NCBI GenBank assembly: GCA_046724655.1
Contig: JBKOWY010000112.1
Location: 1 to 59,751 of the forward strand
Direction of reading: 5' to 3'
Source of the DNA: Actinomycetota bacterium
GTDB lineage: Bacteria > Actinomycetota > Acidimicrobiia > IMCC26256 > JACDBD01
DNA length: 59,751 nt
This document shows positions 18,305 through 27,636 of this stretch, in pieces (within the stretch, counting starts at the first letter, position 1; each line of letters begins with the position of its first letter). Made by a program: the position numbers and the translations under genes. Below the pieces are notes generated by a model. The model worked only from the letters and a program-made list of their open reading frames with translations. It searched no databases and was not told the origin of the DNA.

Positions 18305-18736
18305 TCATGAGACGACGACCTGGCACTCGGCGATGTCGCCGTCTCGGATGCGGTACGCGCGCAGCACAGGCTCGGCGTCGCGCAGGCTCACGAGCACATA
18401 GACCCACTCGGGGTACCACGCGGCTTGGGCGACGTCGGTCGCCGACGGGTATGCGTCGGTGTGGGTGTGGCTGTGCCAGCAACCTACGATCTCTTCGCCT
18501 CGCTGCTCAGCCGCACGCATCGCCGCGATCTGGTCGCGGCCGTCGATCCGGTACGTCAGCGCGGACGCGTCCTCGTTGCGGCACGGTCGCACCTCGGTGA
18601 CGACACCCGACGGCTCCCGGTCGGAAACCGGGCCGATGAGCAGCCCGCACGCCTCGTAGGGCAGCCCGTCGTAGGAGTGGCCGATGATCGTGCGGTAATG
18701 CTCGTCCGTGAGCCGGAGCGATGTCGCGAAGCCCAT
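18305..18736 (-). CDS. mec: JAMM/MPN+ metalloprotease (Mec-like)
   Basis: 143 aa with EACGLLIG and WHSHTHTDAYPSATD (HxHx7Sx2D). Confidence 0.85.
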   Translation of the reverse strand: MGFATSLRLTDEHYRTIIGHSYDGLPYEACGLLIGPVSDREPSGVVTEVRPCRNEDASALTYRIDGRDQIAAMRAAEQRGEEIVGCWHSHTHTDAYPSATDVAQAAWYPEWVYVLVSLRDAEPVLRAYRIRDGDIAECQVVVS

Positions 18737-18742
18737 CGGGTG

Positions 18743-21046
18743 TCAGCGGGGCGGCGAGGCGGCGTCGCGGATGGCCCGCCACACCCGCTCGGACGTGAGC
18801 GGCATGTCCAGGTGGCGAATCCCGTAAATCGACAGCGCGTCGACGACCGCGTTCTGCGCCGCCGGCGTCGAGCCGATCGTGCCCGCCTCACCGATGCCCT
18901 TGGCGCCGAGCGGGTTCAGCGGCGTCGGCGTCTCGGTGTTCGACGCCTCGAAGCTCGGCAGCTCGGCAGCGCTCGGCATCGCATAGTCCATGAGGTTGGC
19001 CGTTTGCGGGTTGCCGTCCTCGTCGTAGGCGACGCCCTCGTACAGTGCCTGGGCCACGCCCTGCGCGATGCCACCGTGCTGCTGCCCGCGGACGAGGAGC
19101 GGGTTGATGACGCGGCCGCAGTCGTCGACGGCCACGTGGCGTAGGAGCTCAACGTGACCCGTCTCGGTGTCGACCTCGACCACTGCGATGTGCGCGCCGA
19201 ACGGATAGGTGGCCTCTCCCTGGTTGTAGTCGAGATCGGCCCGCAGGCCCTCCTCGAAGTCGGGCGGCCGCTTGGCTTCGTCGGACGCGGCCAGAGCGAG
19301 CTCCGCCCACGACAGCGAGGTGGCGGGGGCGCCGACCACGCCGATCCGGCCGTCGTCGTGCACGACGATGTCGGTGATGTCGGCCTCGAGCAGGTGCGCG
19401 GCCAGTCGCTTGGCCTTGTCGAGCACGAGCTCGCTCGTCTTGTACAGTGCGCTGCCGCCGATTTGCATCGAGCGCGATCCCATCGTGCCCATCCCGCGCG
19501 GAACGAGCGCGGTGTCGGATTGCACGACGCGCACGTTGTCGAGCGACATCCCGAGCAGTTCGGCGACGATCATCTTGAACGCCGTCTCGAGACCCTGCCC
19601 GTGTGCTGATGTGCCTACCGTCGCGGTGACGGTGCCGTCGGTGTGGACCTCGACCGCGCCATACTCCTGGAAGAGTCCGCCCGCGGTCACCTCCGTGTAG
19701 ACGGAAATGCCGATCCCGAGCTGCTTCACGTCGCCGCGCTCACGCCGCTCCGCTTGATCGCGGCGCAGCTCCTCGTACCCCGCGACGCGACAGGCCTCGT
19801 CCAGAGCTTTGGCGTAGTCCGCGGAGTCGTAGTTGGCGCCGGTCACCGTGGTGAGCGGGAACTCTTCGGGACGGAGAAAGTTCTGCTTCCGAAGGTCGAC
19901 CGGATCGCGGCCCAACTCCAGGGCGGCCATGTCGACGATGCGCTCGAGCAGCGCGGCCGCCTCCGGGCGGCCGGCGCCCCGGTACGCGCTCGTCGGCGTC
20001 GTGTTCGTGATCGCGCTCTTCGAGTTCATCTGGATCTTGGGGATGCGGTACACGCCCTGACTCATCGACCGGGTGAGGTACGGCAGGAACGAGCCGATCC
20101 CGGGATACGCGCCGCCGTCGCACACGATCTGTCCCCGCAGGCCGGTAAAGGTGCCGTCGCGCTCGAGGCCGAACTCGATGTGCTGGATCTGCCCGCGGCC
20201 GTGGGTCATCGCCGTCATGTTCTCGGATCGGGTCTCCGCCCACTTCAACGGCCGCCCGAGCTTCCGGGCCGCAGTGGCGACCACGGCGAACTCCGGGTAC
20301 AGGCCCGCCTTGGCACCGAAGCCACCGCCGACAGCCGCCGCCACCACCCGAACCCGCTCCTCCTCCAGCCCGACGACGCCGGCGAGTGGGTCGCGCACAC
20401 CGTGCGGGTTCTGGGTCGGGACATGGAGGGTGAGACCGTCCTCGCCGTCGAGCTCGACGAGGATGCCGTTCGGCTCCATCGGCACGGGCGCGAGGCGCTG
20501 GTTCACGAAGCGTCCCTGCACGACGACGTCGGCGTCGTCGAGGATCGCCGGGTCGTCCCCGAAGTTGAACTGGATGGCGAGGTTCGAACCGTGCTCGGGG
20601 AAGACGAGGGGCGCGTCATCCGAGAGCGCGGCCTCGGGGTCGATCACGGTGGGCAGCGGGTCGTAGTCGACGATCACCATCTCGGCGGCGTCGACCGCCT
20701 GGGCGCGCGTCTCGGCGACGACGGTCGCCACCATGTCGCCCACGAAACGCACGACGCCACGCGCGAGCGGCGGCCGCGCCAACGAAGCGGGAACCATCGC
20801 AAACCCCTGGAGAGGCTCGAGGCCGAGGTCGTCGGCCGTGTACACAGCGACGACGCCCGGCATCGCGACCGCATCGCTCGTGTCGATCGACTCGACTCGA
20901 GCGTGCGCCATCGTCGACCGCACGAACGCGACGTGGAGCAAACCCTCGACCTCGATGTCGTCGAAGTACTCCGCGTCCCCCCGCAGGATGCGAGGGTCCT
21001 CGGTGCGCTTGACCGGATTACCGAGAATGGAGCCGGAGGTGGTCAT
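18743..21046 (-). CDS. Molybdopterin-binding large subunit of the xanthine dehydrogenase/CoxL family (form II-like AYRGAGR motif)
   Basis: ORF track 18743..21169. True start is ATG 21046 (MTTSGSILGNPVKRTEDPRILRG) with AGGAG upstream. AYRGAGRPEA is present. The stop lies 6 nt before the mec start. No CoxM/CoxS-type genes are in the window. Confidence 0.85.
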   Translation of the reverse strand: MTTSGSILGNPVKRTEDPRILRGDAEYFDDIEVEGLLHVAFVRSTMAHARVESIDTSDAVAMPGVVAVYTADDLGLEPLQGFAMVPASLARPPLARGVVRFVGDMVATVVAETRAQAVDAAEMVIVDYDPLPTVIDPEAALSDDAPLVFPEHGSNLAIQFNFGDDPAILDDADVVVQGRFVNQRLAPVPMEPNGILVELDGEDGLTLHVPTQNPHGVRDPLAGVVGLEEERVRVVAAAVGGGFGAKAGLYPEFAVVATAARKLGRPLKWAETRSENMTAMTHGRGQIQHIEFGLERDGTFTGLRGQIVCDGGAYPGIGSFLPYLTRSMSQGVYRIPKIQMNSKSAITNTTPTSAYRGAGRPEAAALLERIVDMAALELGRDPVDLRKQNFLRPEEFPLTTVTGANYDSADYAKALDEACRVAGYEELRRDQAERRERGDVKQLGIGISVYTEVTAGGLFQEYGAVEVHTDGTVTATVGTSAHGQGLETAFKMIVAELLGMSLDNVRVVQSDTALVPRGMGTMGSRSMQIGGSALYKTSELVLDKAKRLAAHLLEADITDIVVHDDGRIGVVGAPATSLSWAELALAASDEAKRPPDFEEGLRADLDYNQGEATYPFGAHIAVVEVDTETGHVELLRHVAVDDCGRVINPLLVRGQQHGGIAQGVAQALYEGVAYDEDGNPQTANLMDYAMPSAAELPSFEASNTETPTPLNPLGAKGIGEAGTIGSTPAAQNAVVDALSIYGIRHLDMPLTSERVWRAIRDAASPPR

Positions 21047-21056
21047 GAACACTCCT

Positions 21057-21112
21057 GTCGCCGTCGCAAGCTCCGGCTTTGTGGCGACGGTCAGCGAAGC
21101 CGCCGTCGCCGC
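21057..21112 (+). repeat. Interspersed structured repeat, copy A
   Basis: GTCGCCGTCGCAAGCTCCGGCTTTGTGGCGACGGTCAGCGAAGCCGCCGTCGCCGC. It lies 10 nt upstream of the coxL-like start and 22 nt before the smpB start. An AT-rich TATAGATTTCG box lies just beyond it. Confidence 0.85.
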
Positions 21113-21134
21113 ACGAAATCTATACAGTCCGGTC

Positions 21135-21596
21135 GTGGGCCGTCGCGGCGACGCCGTCGCCATCCGCAACCGGCGCGCCCGGTACGACTACCACGTGCTC
21201 GATTCGTTCGAGTGCGGGATCGTCCTGGCGGGATCGGAGGTGAAGTCGATCCGTGACGGGCGCGCCAACCTCCAGGACGCGTACGCCCGGGTCGAGGACG
21301 GCGAGGTGTGGCTCCACGGGATGCACATCGCGCCGTACGAGTTCTCCCGGGCCGAGCTCGAGCCGACGCGTCGCAGGAAGCTGCTCCTGCACCGTAAGCA
21401 GATCGAGACCCTGACCCGCGCCACAGGCGAGAAGGGGGTGACCCTGGTGCCGTTGCGCCTCTACTTCAAGGACGGACGAGCGAAGGTCGAGCTGGCCGTG
21501 GCCAAGGGGAAGCGCGCCTACGACAAGCGACGCGCCATCGCCGAGCGCGATGCCAAGCGGGAGACCGAGCGGGCGATGAAAGGTCTGCGCGACTGA
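21135..21596 (+). CDS. smpB: SsrA-binding protein
   Basis: C-terminal 153 aa of ORF 20733..21596: IRNRRARYDYHVLDSFECGIVLAGSEVKSIR...LLLHRKQI...GKRAYDKRR. GTG 21135 is the first start outside the antisense coxL-like gene. Confidence 0.9.
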   Translation: MGRRGDAVAIRNRRARYDYHVLDSFECGIVLAGSEVKSIRDGRANLQDAYARVEDGEVWLHGMHIAPYEFSRAELEPTRRRKLLLHRKQIETLTRATGEKGVTLVPLRLYFKDGRAKVELAVAKGKRAYDKRRAIAERDAKRETERAMKGLRD

Positions 21597-21600
21597 GGGG

Positions 21601-22734
21601 TCAGCCCGGCCCCGGCGTTGGCGCAGTACTGCGCGCCCGCTCGAGATCCGTCGGCGTGACGATGCCGACGAGCCGGTCGCCGTCGAAGACGAGGATCGAC
21701 TGGGACGGTCCCCGCGCCGGACGCACAGCAACGTCTGACAGCTTGTCGTCGCGCTGCGCGGTGCGGATCAACGGCATCTGCACCGTGTAGTCGGAGACGC
21801 GCCGGGTCGCGGCCTCGGTCGGTGGCACCGACCTCAGCTGCTCCACGTTCGCGAGCCCGGCGATGCCGCCGTCATAGCGCTCGACCGGCACGACAGGGTC
21901 GTGCATGCGCGGCGCGTCGTCACGAAGGAACTCACCCACGGTGAGCCAACCACGCGCCCGGGGAGGATCGGGTGTCATCACGTCGCCCACGCGCACGTCG
22001 CCGAATGCTCGGCGGCTGCGCGCCACCTCTCGCTCCGCCCGCGCCGCGCTGATCACGAACCAGCCGATCAGCGCCGTCCACAGCCCGCCGAACCCGAGGC
22101 CGACGAGCCACCCTAGCGCGCCGGCGCCCACGAGGAGCCAACCGAAGACCACACCCACCTGGGCCGCGCTCTCTATGGCTTGGTCGCGGTCACCGCGGAC
22201 GGCCCACAGCAGGGATGCCAGGATGCGGCCGCCGTCGAGCGGCGCGGCCGGAATGAGGTTGAAGACCGCCAGGATTGCGTTGATCACGGCAAGCCACGCC
22301 AACGCCGAACCGAGCAGGCCTGGTCCGCCGAGCGCGCTGATCGCGGCCGCGCCCACACCGAACACCCCTCCGAGCAGCAGGCTTGTCCCGGGACCGGCGG
22401 CGGCGATGAGGAACTCGGCCCGGGGGGCCGGCGCCTCGCCCTCGAGCCGGGCGACCCCGCCGAGCATCCAGAGGGTGATGCTGTCGACGCGGATGCCGTG
22501 CCGCTGCGCGACGACCGAATGGGCGAGCTCGTGGGCGAGCACCGACGCGAAGAAGATGGCCGAGGTGAGGATGCCCACGACCCAGTAGGAGCCGGCGGGA
22601 GCGTCGGGGAACTCCATCGGGTAGCGATCGCCGGCGAGGCTCACGGTGAGCAGGGCGGCGATGACGAGAAGCGTCCAGTCGATCGTGACCGGTATCCCGA
22701 GGATCCGTCCCAGCCGAATGCCGCCGCGTCCCAT
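21601..22734 (-). CDS. Site-2 protease family (M50) membrane metalloprotease with C-terminal CBS pair
   Basis: ORF track 21601..22845. ATG 22734 (MGRGGIRLGRILGIPVTIDW) is more plausible. Contains LAHELAHSVVA (HExxH), NLIPAAPLDGGR, and CBS-like repeats at the C-terminus. Confidence 0.85.
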   Translation of the reverse strand: MGRGGIRLGRILGIPVTIDWTLLVIAALLTVSLAGDRYPMEFPDAPAGSYWVVGILTSAIFFASVLAHELAHSVVAQRHGIRVDSITLWMLGGVARLEGEAPAPRAEFLIAAAGPGTSLLLGGVFGVGAAAISALGGPGLLGSALAWLAVINAILAVFNLIPAAPLDGGRILASLLWAVRGDRDQAIESAAQVGVVFGWLLVGAGALGWLVGLGFGGLWTALIGWFVISAARAEREVARSRRAFGDVRVGDVMTPDPPRARGWLTVGEFLRDDAPRMHDPVVPVERYDGGIAGLANVEQLRSVPPTEAATRRVSDYTVQMPLIRTAQRDDKLSDVAVRPARGPSQSILVFDGDRLVGIVTPTDLERARSTAPTPGPG

Positions 22735-22777
22735 CACGAAGAAGAACGTCGCCCGGAACCGCTGTGTTCCTTCATCT

Positions 22778-22890
22778 GGCGCCCTCGCAAGCTCGGGCTC
22801 TGTCCTTTTGGTCGCATGCTCCCGCTCTGCAACGGCAGTCGGCAAAGCCGCTGCCGTTGCGGGCGACGGTCAGCAAAGCCGCCGTCGCCA
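22778..22890 (+). repeat. Interspersed structured repeat, copy B (composite: 5' arm plus two 3'-hairpin modules)
   Basis: GGCGCCCTCGCAAGCTCGGGCTCTG / TCCTTTTGGTCGCATGCTCCCGCTCTGCAACGGCAGTCGGCAAAGCCGCTGCCGTTGC / GGGCGACGGTCAGCAAAGCCGCCGTCGCCA. The inner stem is GCAACGGCAG (22829-38) with CTGCCGTTGC (22851-60). Confidence 0.8.
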
Positions 22891-22936
22891 CGACTACCTC
22901 GCGAAATCTCCCCGGTAGAATGGGCCGATACACCGA

Positions 22937-23294
22937 GGGGGTGACTGGCTTCGATTCTGAGGACCAAAACGGGTGAAGCGAGCCGACGTCCCCGGATCGT
23001 CGCTAAAGAGCCGGGAACACCAATAAATGCCGAGGACAAGAACCTCGCACTCGCTGCTTAATAACTAAGTAGCGCGTCCACTCCGGCCCAGCCGCTCGGC
23101 CGGACACCGGGCGTCATGCAGAGCGGCTCACCGCCGGGACGGGCCTCGCGGCCCGGCGGGACACCACAGCGAGGCTGGGGTCGCCGGACGCCGCCGGTGA
23201 GCGGCGGCGGCCCGAGAACTCCTCACCGGCTGCGCTCGGAGAAGCCCCGCTGAGGACTCGGAAGACGCGGGTTCGATTCCCGCCACCTCCACCA
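22937..23294 (+). ncRNA. ssrA: tmRNA (SsrA)
   Basis: The 5' GGGGGTG pairs with the 3' CACCTCC-A-CCA (G3-U identity pair). T-arm-like GGTTCGATTCCCGCC is present. Tag reading frame is GCC GAG GAC AAG AAC CTC GCA CTC GCT GCT TAA TAA (23029-23064), encoding AEDKNLALAA. Confidence 0.92.
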
Positions 23295-23317
23295 CCGCCG
23301 CCAACCGCTCGAGTGCC

Positions 23318-24337
23318 TCAGGTGGTCGTGCCGAGCGCGAGGTCGGCGGCGACGACGACGTCGCGGGTGGTGTCTCTGAGGGCGTTCGCCGTCGCAAGGT
23401 CGGGGAGGCCCTCGCCGAAAGCGGGAACGTCGAGCACGGTTTCGAGCACGCCGGGCTCGGCGAAGTCCATGCGTGCGCCGGCGCGACGAAGTACCGCCCG
23501 CATGGCCGCGTTGTCGGAGAGCAAGCGAGCCCGGAAGCGTCGGACGCCGTTCTCTCGCGCCGCGACCGCCAGCGCGCCCAGCAAGAGCGTGCCGAGCCCG
23601 CGGCCCTGGTAGTCGTCGACGACGGCGAACGCGACCTCGGCGGTATCGCGGGCGTCCCGCTCGCGGATGTAGCGGGCGGATGCGACTCCGGGCTCACGGG
23701 GGTCGGCTGCGGCCAGCACAGCCCAGGCGAAGTGATCGACGTAGTCGACGTCGATCAGGTACTCGATGACCTTGTCGGTGAGCGGCGGGGCGCTGAAGAA
23801 CCTCCGATAGTGCGACTCCCGCGAGAACCCCGGTTGCGTGTCGGCGAGCTTCCCGCGGTCGCTCGGAAGCACGGGTCGGATCCACAGCCGGGTGCCATCG
23901 GCCAGCGTGATCTCGACCGGGCGGGTGTTCGCGGCCAGACGCTGTCGCGCCGTGCGCCCGATCCGTTCGGCCACGCCCGGTACGTGCAAAAGCGTCATGA
24001 AGGCGCGCGCGTCGCCCGCGTAACCGGTGAGGGGGCCGCTGGCGATGACGGTGGCCGAGCGCGGCGCCGCCCGCAGGACGCTCAGCTCACCGACGATGGA
24101 GCCCGGGCCGACCGCGCCGACCTGGCGTTCGCCGTCGCCGTCGTCACGGGCAACGACGGCTGCTCCTGTGACAACAAGGAGGAATGAGTGTGCGACTTCG
24201 CCTTGCCGGGCCAGCACCTCACCTGGCTGTGCGTCAGCCGACGTCAGCATCGAAGCCAGCGCCAACAGCTGTGACTGTTCGGACGCGCGGAACAGCTCCA
24301 GACGAGAGAGATCCGCCACCACCGCGCCGATGTCCAC
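23318..24337 (-). CDS. Cyclic-nucleotide-binding domain fused to GNAT acetyltransferase (Pat/Rv0998-like protein acetyltransferase)
   Basis: 339 aa. N-terminal cNMP fold (GEVLARQGEVAHSFLLVVTG...GSIVGELSVL...RSATV). C-terminal GNAT (AFAVVDDYQGRGLGTLLL). Confidence 0.82.
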   Translation of the reverse strand: MDIGAVVADLSRLELFRASEQSQLLALASMLTSADAQPGEVLARQGEVAHSFLLVVTGAAVVARDDGDGERQVGAVGPGSIVGELSVLRAAPRSATVIASGPLTGYAGDARAFMTLLHVPGVAERIGRTARQRLAANTRPVEITLADGTRLWIRPVLPSDRGKLADTQPGFSRESHYRRFFSAPPLTDKVIEYLIDVDYVDHFAWAVLAAADPREPGVASARYIRERDARDTAEVAFAVVDDYQGRGLGTLLLGALAVAARENGVRRFRARLLSDNAAMRAVLRRAGARMDFAEPGVLETVLDVPAFGEGLPDLATANALRDTTRDVVVAADLALGTTT

Positions 24338-24402
24338 TGCGCCAGTTCAGCGCGGCGACATCGCTGCCGCACCTCGCCATGTGCTCGTAACCTCGTCGGC
24401 GC

Positions 24403-24699
24403 ATGAATTACTTCGTCTACAAGCTCATCCCTCCCCGACCGACCTTCGACGCCGACATGAACGACGAGGAAGCGGCCACCATGGGGCGTCACGCCGAGTA
24501 CTGGCAGGCCTTGCTTGCCGATGGGTACGTCGTCGTCTACGGGCCCGTCAGCGAACCGTCAGGTACGTGGGGGCTGGCCGTCTTCGAAGCCGAGGACGAG
24601 GAGAAGGCTCGGGCGATCGGCGCGGGCGATCCAGCGGTGCAGTCCGGTATGTGCACGTTCGACGTCTTCCCGATGGCCGCCGCGATCGTCCGCTCCTGA
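24403..24699 (+). CDS. YciI-like small protein
   Basis: 98 aa, MNYFVYKLIPPRPTF...GYVVVYGPV...DPAV. ATG at 24403. Confidence 0.75.
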   Translation: MNYFVYKLIPPRPTFDADMNDEEAATMGRHAEYWQALLADGYVVVYGPVSEPSGTWGLAVFEAEDEEKARAIGAGDPAVQSGMCTFDVFPMAAAIVRS

Positions 24700-24763
24700 G
24701 GAAGCTGTCGATTCTGCGCATTCCCGTTCGTCGTACGGGTGTCCGAGACGACGAGGAGGAGTC

Positions 24764-25111
24764 ATGCGATACGCGTTGATGATCTGCACCGACGAGCGCA
24801 ACGAGGTGGCACGAAGCCCCGAAGAGGATTCGGCGCTGCTGGCCGAGTACGGGGCCTTCGGCGAGGAGATGGGGCGCCGGGGCGTGCTCCAGGACGGCAA
24901 CCGCCTCCGTCCGACGACCGACGCCACGACGGTCCGGGTGCGCGACGGCGAGGTCCTCACATCCGACGGTCCCTTCGCCGAGACCAAGGAACAGATCGGG
25001 GGCTACTACGTCGTCGACTGCAAGGACCTCGACGAGGCCATCGAGGTCGCGTCCAAGATCCCGAGCGCCAAGGAAGGAACGATCGAAGTGAGGCCGATCT
25101 GGGAGATGTAG
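24764..25111 (+). CDS. YciI-family (DGPF-motif) protein
   Basis: C-terminal 115 aa of ORF 24515..25111: [11 protein letters not shown]...[42 protein letters not shown] lies upstream of ATG 24764. Confidence 0.85.
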   Translation: MRYALMICTDERNEVARSPEEDSALLAEYGAFGEEMGRRGVLQDGNRLRPTTDATTVRVRDGEVLTSDGPFAETKEQIGGYYVVDCKDLDEAIEVASKIPSAKEGTIEVRPIWEM

Positions 25112-26349
25112 CAACGGACGTCCAGGCAGAGGTCGCCGATGTCTTCCGCGACGAGTGGGGACGCGTCGTCGCCACGCTGATCCGGACGACCGGCGACTGG
25201 GATGTCGCCGAGGAATGCGCGCAGGACGCCTTCGCGCTGGCGCTCGAGCGGTGGCGGCGCGACGGCGTTCCGCGCAACCCCGGTGCCTGGCTCACTACGA
25301 CGGCGCGCAATCGCGCGATCGACCGGCTGCGCCGAGATGCGACCGGGGCGGCAAAGTTGCAGGAGGTCGCGGTGCTGTCCGCCGATGAGCCGAGCAACGG
25401 TGACGAGAGCGTCGTCCGGGACGATCGGCTGCGTCTCATCTTCACGTGCTGTCACCCGGCACTGTCCATGGACGCACAGGTCGCGCTCACGCTCCGAACG
25501 CTCTCGGGCCTCACAACCCCGGAGATCGCGCGGGCGTTCCTGGTTTCCGAAGCGACGATGGCGCAGCGTCTCGTGCGCGCGAAGCGCAAGATCCGCAACG
25601 CAGGCATCCCCTACCGGGTGCCGCCAGACCACTTGCTGCCGGAGCGGACGAGCGCGGTGCTGGCGGTGCTGTACCTGCTCTTCAACGAGGGTTACGCGGC
25701 GACAGAAGGCGCCGATCTCGTGCGCCGGGGACTGTGCACCGACGCGATCCGCCTCGCGCGCACGCTCGTGCAGCTGATGCCGGACGAGCCCGAGGCAGTC
25801 GGCCTGCTCGCGCTCATGCTGTTGCACGACGCCCGCCGTGACGCTCGGGTCGACGACGCCGGCGACCTCGTCCCCCTCGAGGAACAGGACCGCACCCGCT
25901 GGGACCGAGCAGTGATCGACGAGGGGGTCACGCTTCTCGACATGGCGCTGCGACGCAGCCGCCCCGGGCCGTACCAGGTGCAGGCGGCCATTGCCGCGTG
26001 TCACGGGACGGCGGCGGACCCCGCCGCGACCGACTGGGCCCAGATCGCCGTTCTCTACGGCGAACTGGCTCGCATGACGCGCTCCCCCGTTGTGCAGCTG
26101 AACCGGGCGGTCGCGGTCGCGATGGCCGAGGGCCCCCAAGCAGGATTACGGCTGGTCGACGAGCTCGCCGCGTCCGGGACGTTGCGCGGCTACCACCTCC
26201 TTCCCGCCACGCGTGCTGACCTGCTCCGCCGGCTCGAGCGCCACACCGAAGCCGCTGCCGCCTACCGTGAAGCGCTCGAGCTGGCGACCACAGACGCCGA
26301 GCGCCGCTACATCACTCGCCGGCTGGCGGAGAGCTCGCGATCCAACTGA
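25099..26349 (+). CDS. ECF-type sigma-70 factor with long C-terminal helical domain (YciI-associated class)
   Basis: [31 protein letters not shown]...[19 protein letters not shown] (region 2) and [31 protein letters not shown] (region 4), then ~250 aa of helical repeats. Start unresolved: no in-frame ATG/GTG/TTG near the conserved N-terminus. CTG 25099 is used as a placeholder. Confidence 0.8.
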   Translation: MGDVATDVQAEVADVFRDEWGRVVATLIRTTGDWDVAEECAQDAFALALERWRRDGVPRNPGAWLTTTARNRAIDRLRRDATGAAKLQEVAVLSADEPSNGDESVVRDDRLRLIFTCCHPALSMDAQVALTLRTLSGLTTPEIARAFLVSEATMAQRLVRAKRKIRNAGIPYRVPPDHLLPERTSAVLAVLYLLFNEGYAATEGADLVRRGLCTDAIRLARTLVQLMPDEPEAVGLLALMLLHDARRDARVDDAGDLVPLEEQDRTRWDRAVIDEGVTLLDMALRRSRPGPYQVQAAIAACHGTAADPAATDWAQIAVLYGELARMTRSPVVQLNRAVAVAMAEGPQAGLRLVDELAASGTLRGYHLLPATRADLLRRLERHTEAAAAYREALELATTDAERRYITRRLAESSRSN

Positions 26350-26358
26350 CCGATCCGC

Positions 26359-27009
26359 CTACCGGCGTGCGTCCTCGGCGAGCTCGGACGGGCCGACGCG
26401 CTTCTGAAGCCACTCGTTCATCGGCTGCGACGCGCGTAGGAACTGGACGACACGGTCCTTCGCCTTGCGCGTGCCCAGCCACGCTCCGACCGGCCAGTGC
26501 TTCCAGCTGATCAGTCCCTTCTGCCGGAGCAACTCGATGCGCGGATGGTCCTTCGGGTAGCCCTTGGGAGCCGTCTTCAGCACGTCGTGCGCGCTGACCT
26601 CGATGCCGCGCTGGCGGAGCTTGTCGACGATCTCGACGATCTCTCGACCCTTGCGCTCGTCGGCTACGGCGCGTCGGTACCGGTCGAGCTGATCGGGCGC
26701 CATCATGTACATCCCGCACCCCGTGCCCAGGCCGTCGGCCGCGAAGTGGATGTAGCCGCCACTCGCCAACGTGGCCGCGATCGCCGTCTTGTACGGCGAC
26801 TTGTCCTTGCTGAAGCGGACGTCACGGTACGGGCGGAAGATCCGGCCCTCGCCGAACTCGGGCGCGAGCTCGGTGAGCAGCTCGTCCATCGGCCCGCGCA
26901 CGATCTCCTCGTACACGGCCTTGTTCTCCTGCCAGTACGTCCTCGAGTTGTCGGCCTCGAGGCCCTCGTAGAATTCGATCGCCTCGGCCGGCCACCCTCG
27001 GAACGCCAT
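26359..27009 (-). CDS. DUF2461 (TIGR02453) family protein
   Basis: 216 aa with EFYEGLEADNSRTYWQ, RIFRPYRDVRFSKDKSPYKT, KGYPKDHPRIELLR. Confidence 0.85.
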   Translation of the reverse strand: MAFRGWPAEAIEFYEGLEADNSRTYWQENKAVYEEIVRGPMDELLTELAPEFGEGRIFRPYRDVRFSKDKSPYKTAIAATLASGGYIHFAADGLGTGCGMYMMAPDQLDRYRRAVADERKGREIVEIVDKLRQRGIEVSAHDVLKTAPKGYPKDHPRIELLRQKGLISWKHWPVGAWLGTRKAKDRVVQFLRASQPMNEWLQKRVGPSELAEDARR

Positions 27010-27057
27010 CGTCTGCTCCCCCTGTCAACCGTCGCCACGGAGGCTATCGAGCGCTCG

Positions 27058-27636
27058 TTACCCGAGACCGTCGAGGACCGCCCGCCCCCGGGGCGAGAGG
27101 CGGTACCCCACGTCGAGGCTCTCGGTGAGGCCGAGCTCCTTCAGCTTTCGTACGTCCCGCTTGAACGACAGCCGCTCGCGGCCGACGGCGGCGGCGAGAT
27201 TGCCGGCCCGAACGGCGGGGTGGTCGCGGATCAGCCGCAGGGCCTGAATCGTCCAGGGGCCGTGGCGGCTCGCGGCGTCGAGCCGTTCGAGACGGCTCCG
27301 CACCTCGGCCAGCTCGTCCGACGTCAGCGCGTCGCGCTCGCGCAGCACGGCGCGTGGGTCGCTACCGGCGAGGTGCAACGCGACCCGGTACACGGAGCCG
27401 TCGGTACGCGACGCGAGCTCGTCCAGCAGGTCGACCCGCGACGAGAAGCCGGCGCGGCGAGCGTCCTTCTCGCTGATCTCAGCGATGTCCACCTCGTCCA
27501 CGGCGTCGACGGCAAGGACCCCGATCGCCGTCCGCAGCTGACTCCCCGCTCGAACGCGCGGACGCACCCAGCGCCGGAAGGCGAGGCTGACCGTCCCGCC
27601 GGCAATGCCGTCGAGGACGTGCCGCTTGAACAGCAA
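27058..27636 (-). CDS. ASCH-like domain protein with C-terminal winged-helix
   Basis: 192 aa. TTG start abuts the upstream stop. N-terminal FKRHVLDGIAGGTVSLAFRRW resembles ASCH. The C-terminal KRDVRKLKELGLTESL is wHTH-like. Family call is tentative. Confidence 0.5.
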   Translation of the reverse strand: MLFKRHVLDGIAGGTVSLAFRRWVRPRVRAGSQLRTAIGVLAVDAVDEVDIAEISEKDARRAGFSSRVDLLDELASRTDGSVYRVALHLAGSDPRAVLRERDALTSDELAEVRSRLERLDAASRHGPWTIQALRLIRDHPAVRAGNLAAAVGRERLSFKRDVRKLKELGLTESLDVGYRLSPRGRAVLDGLG

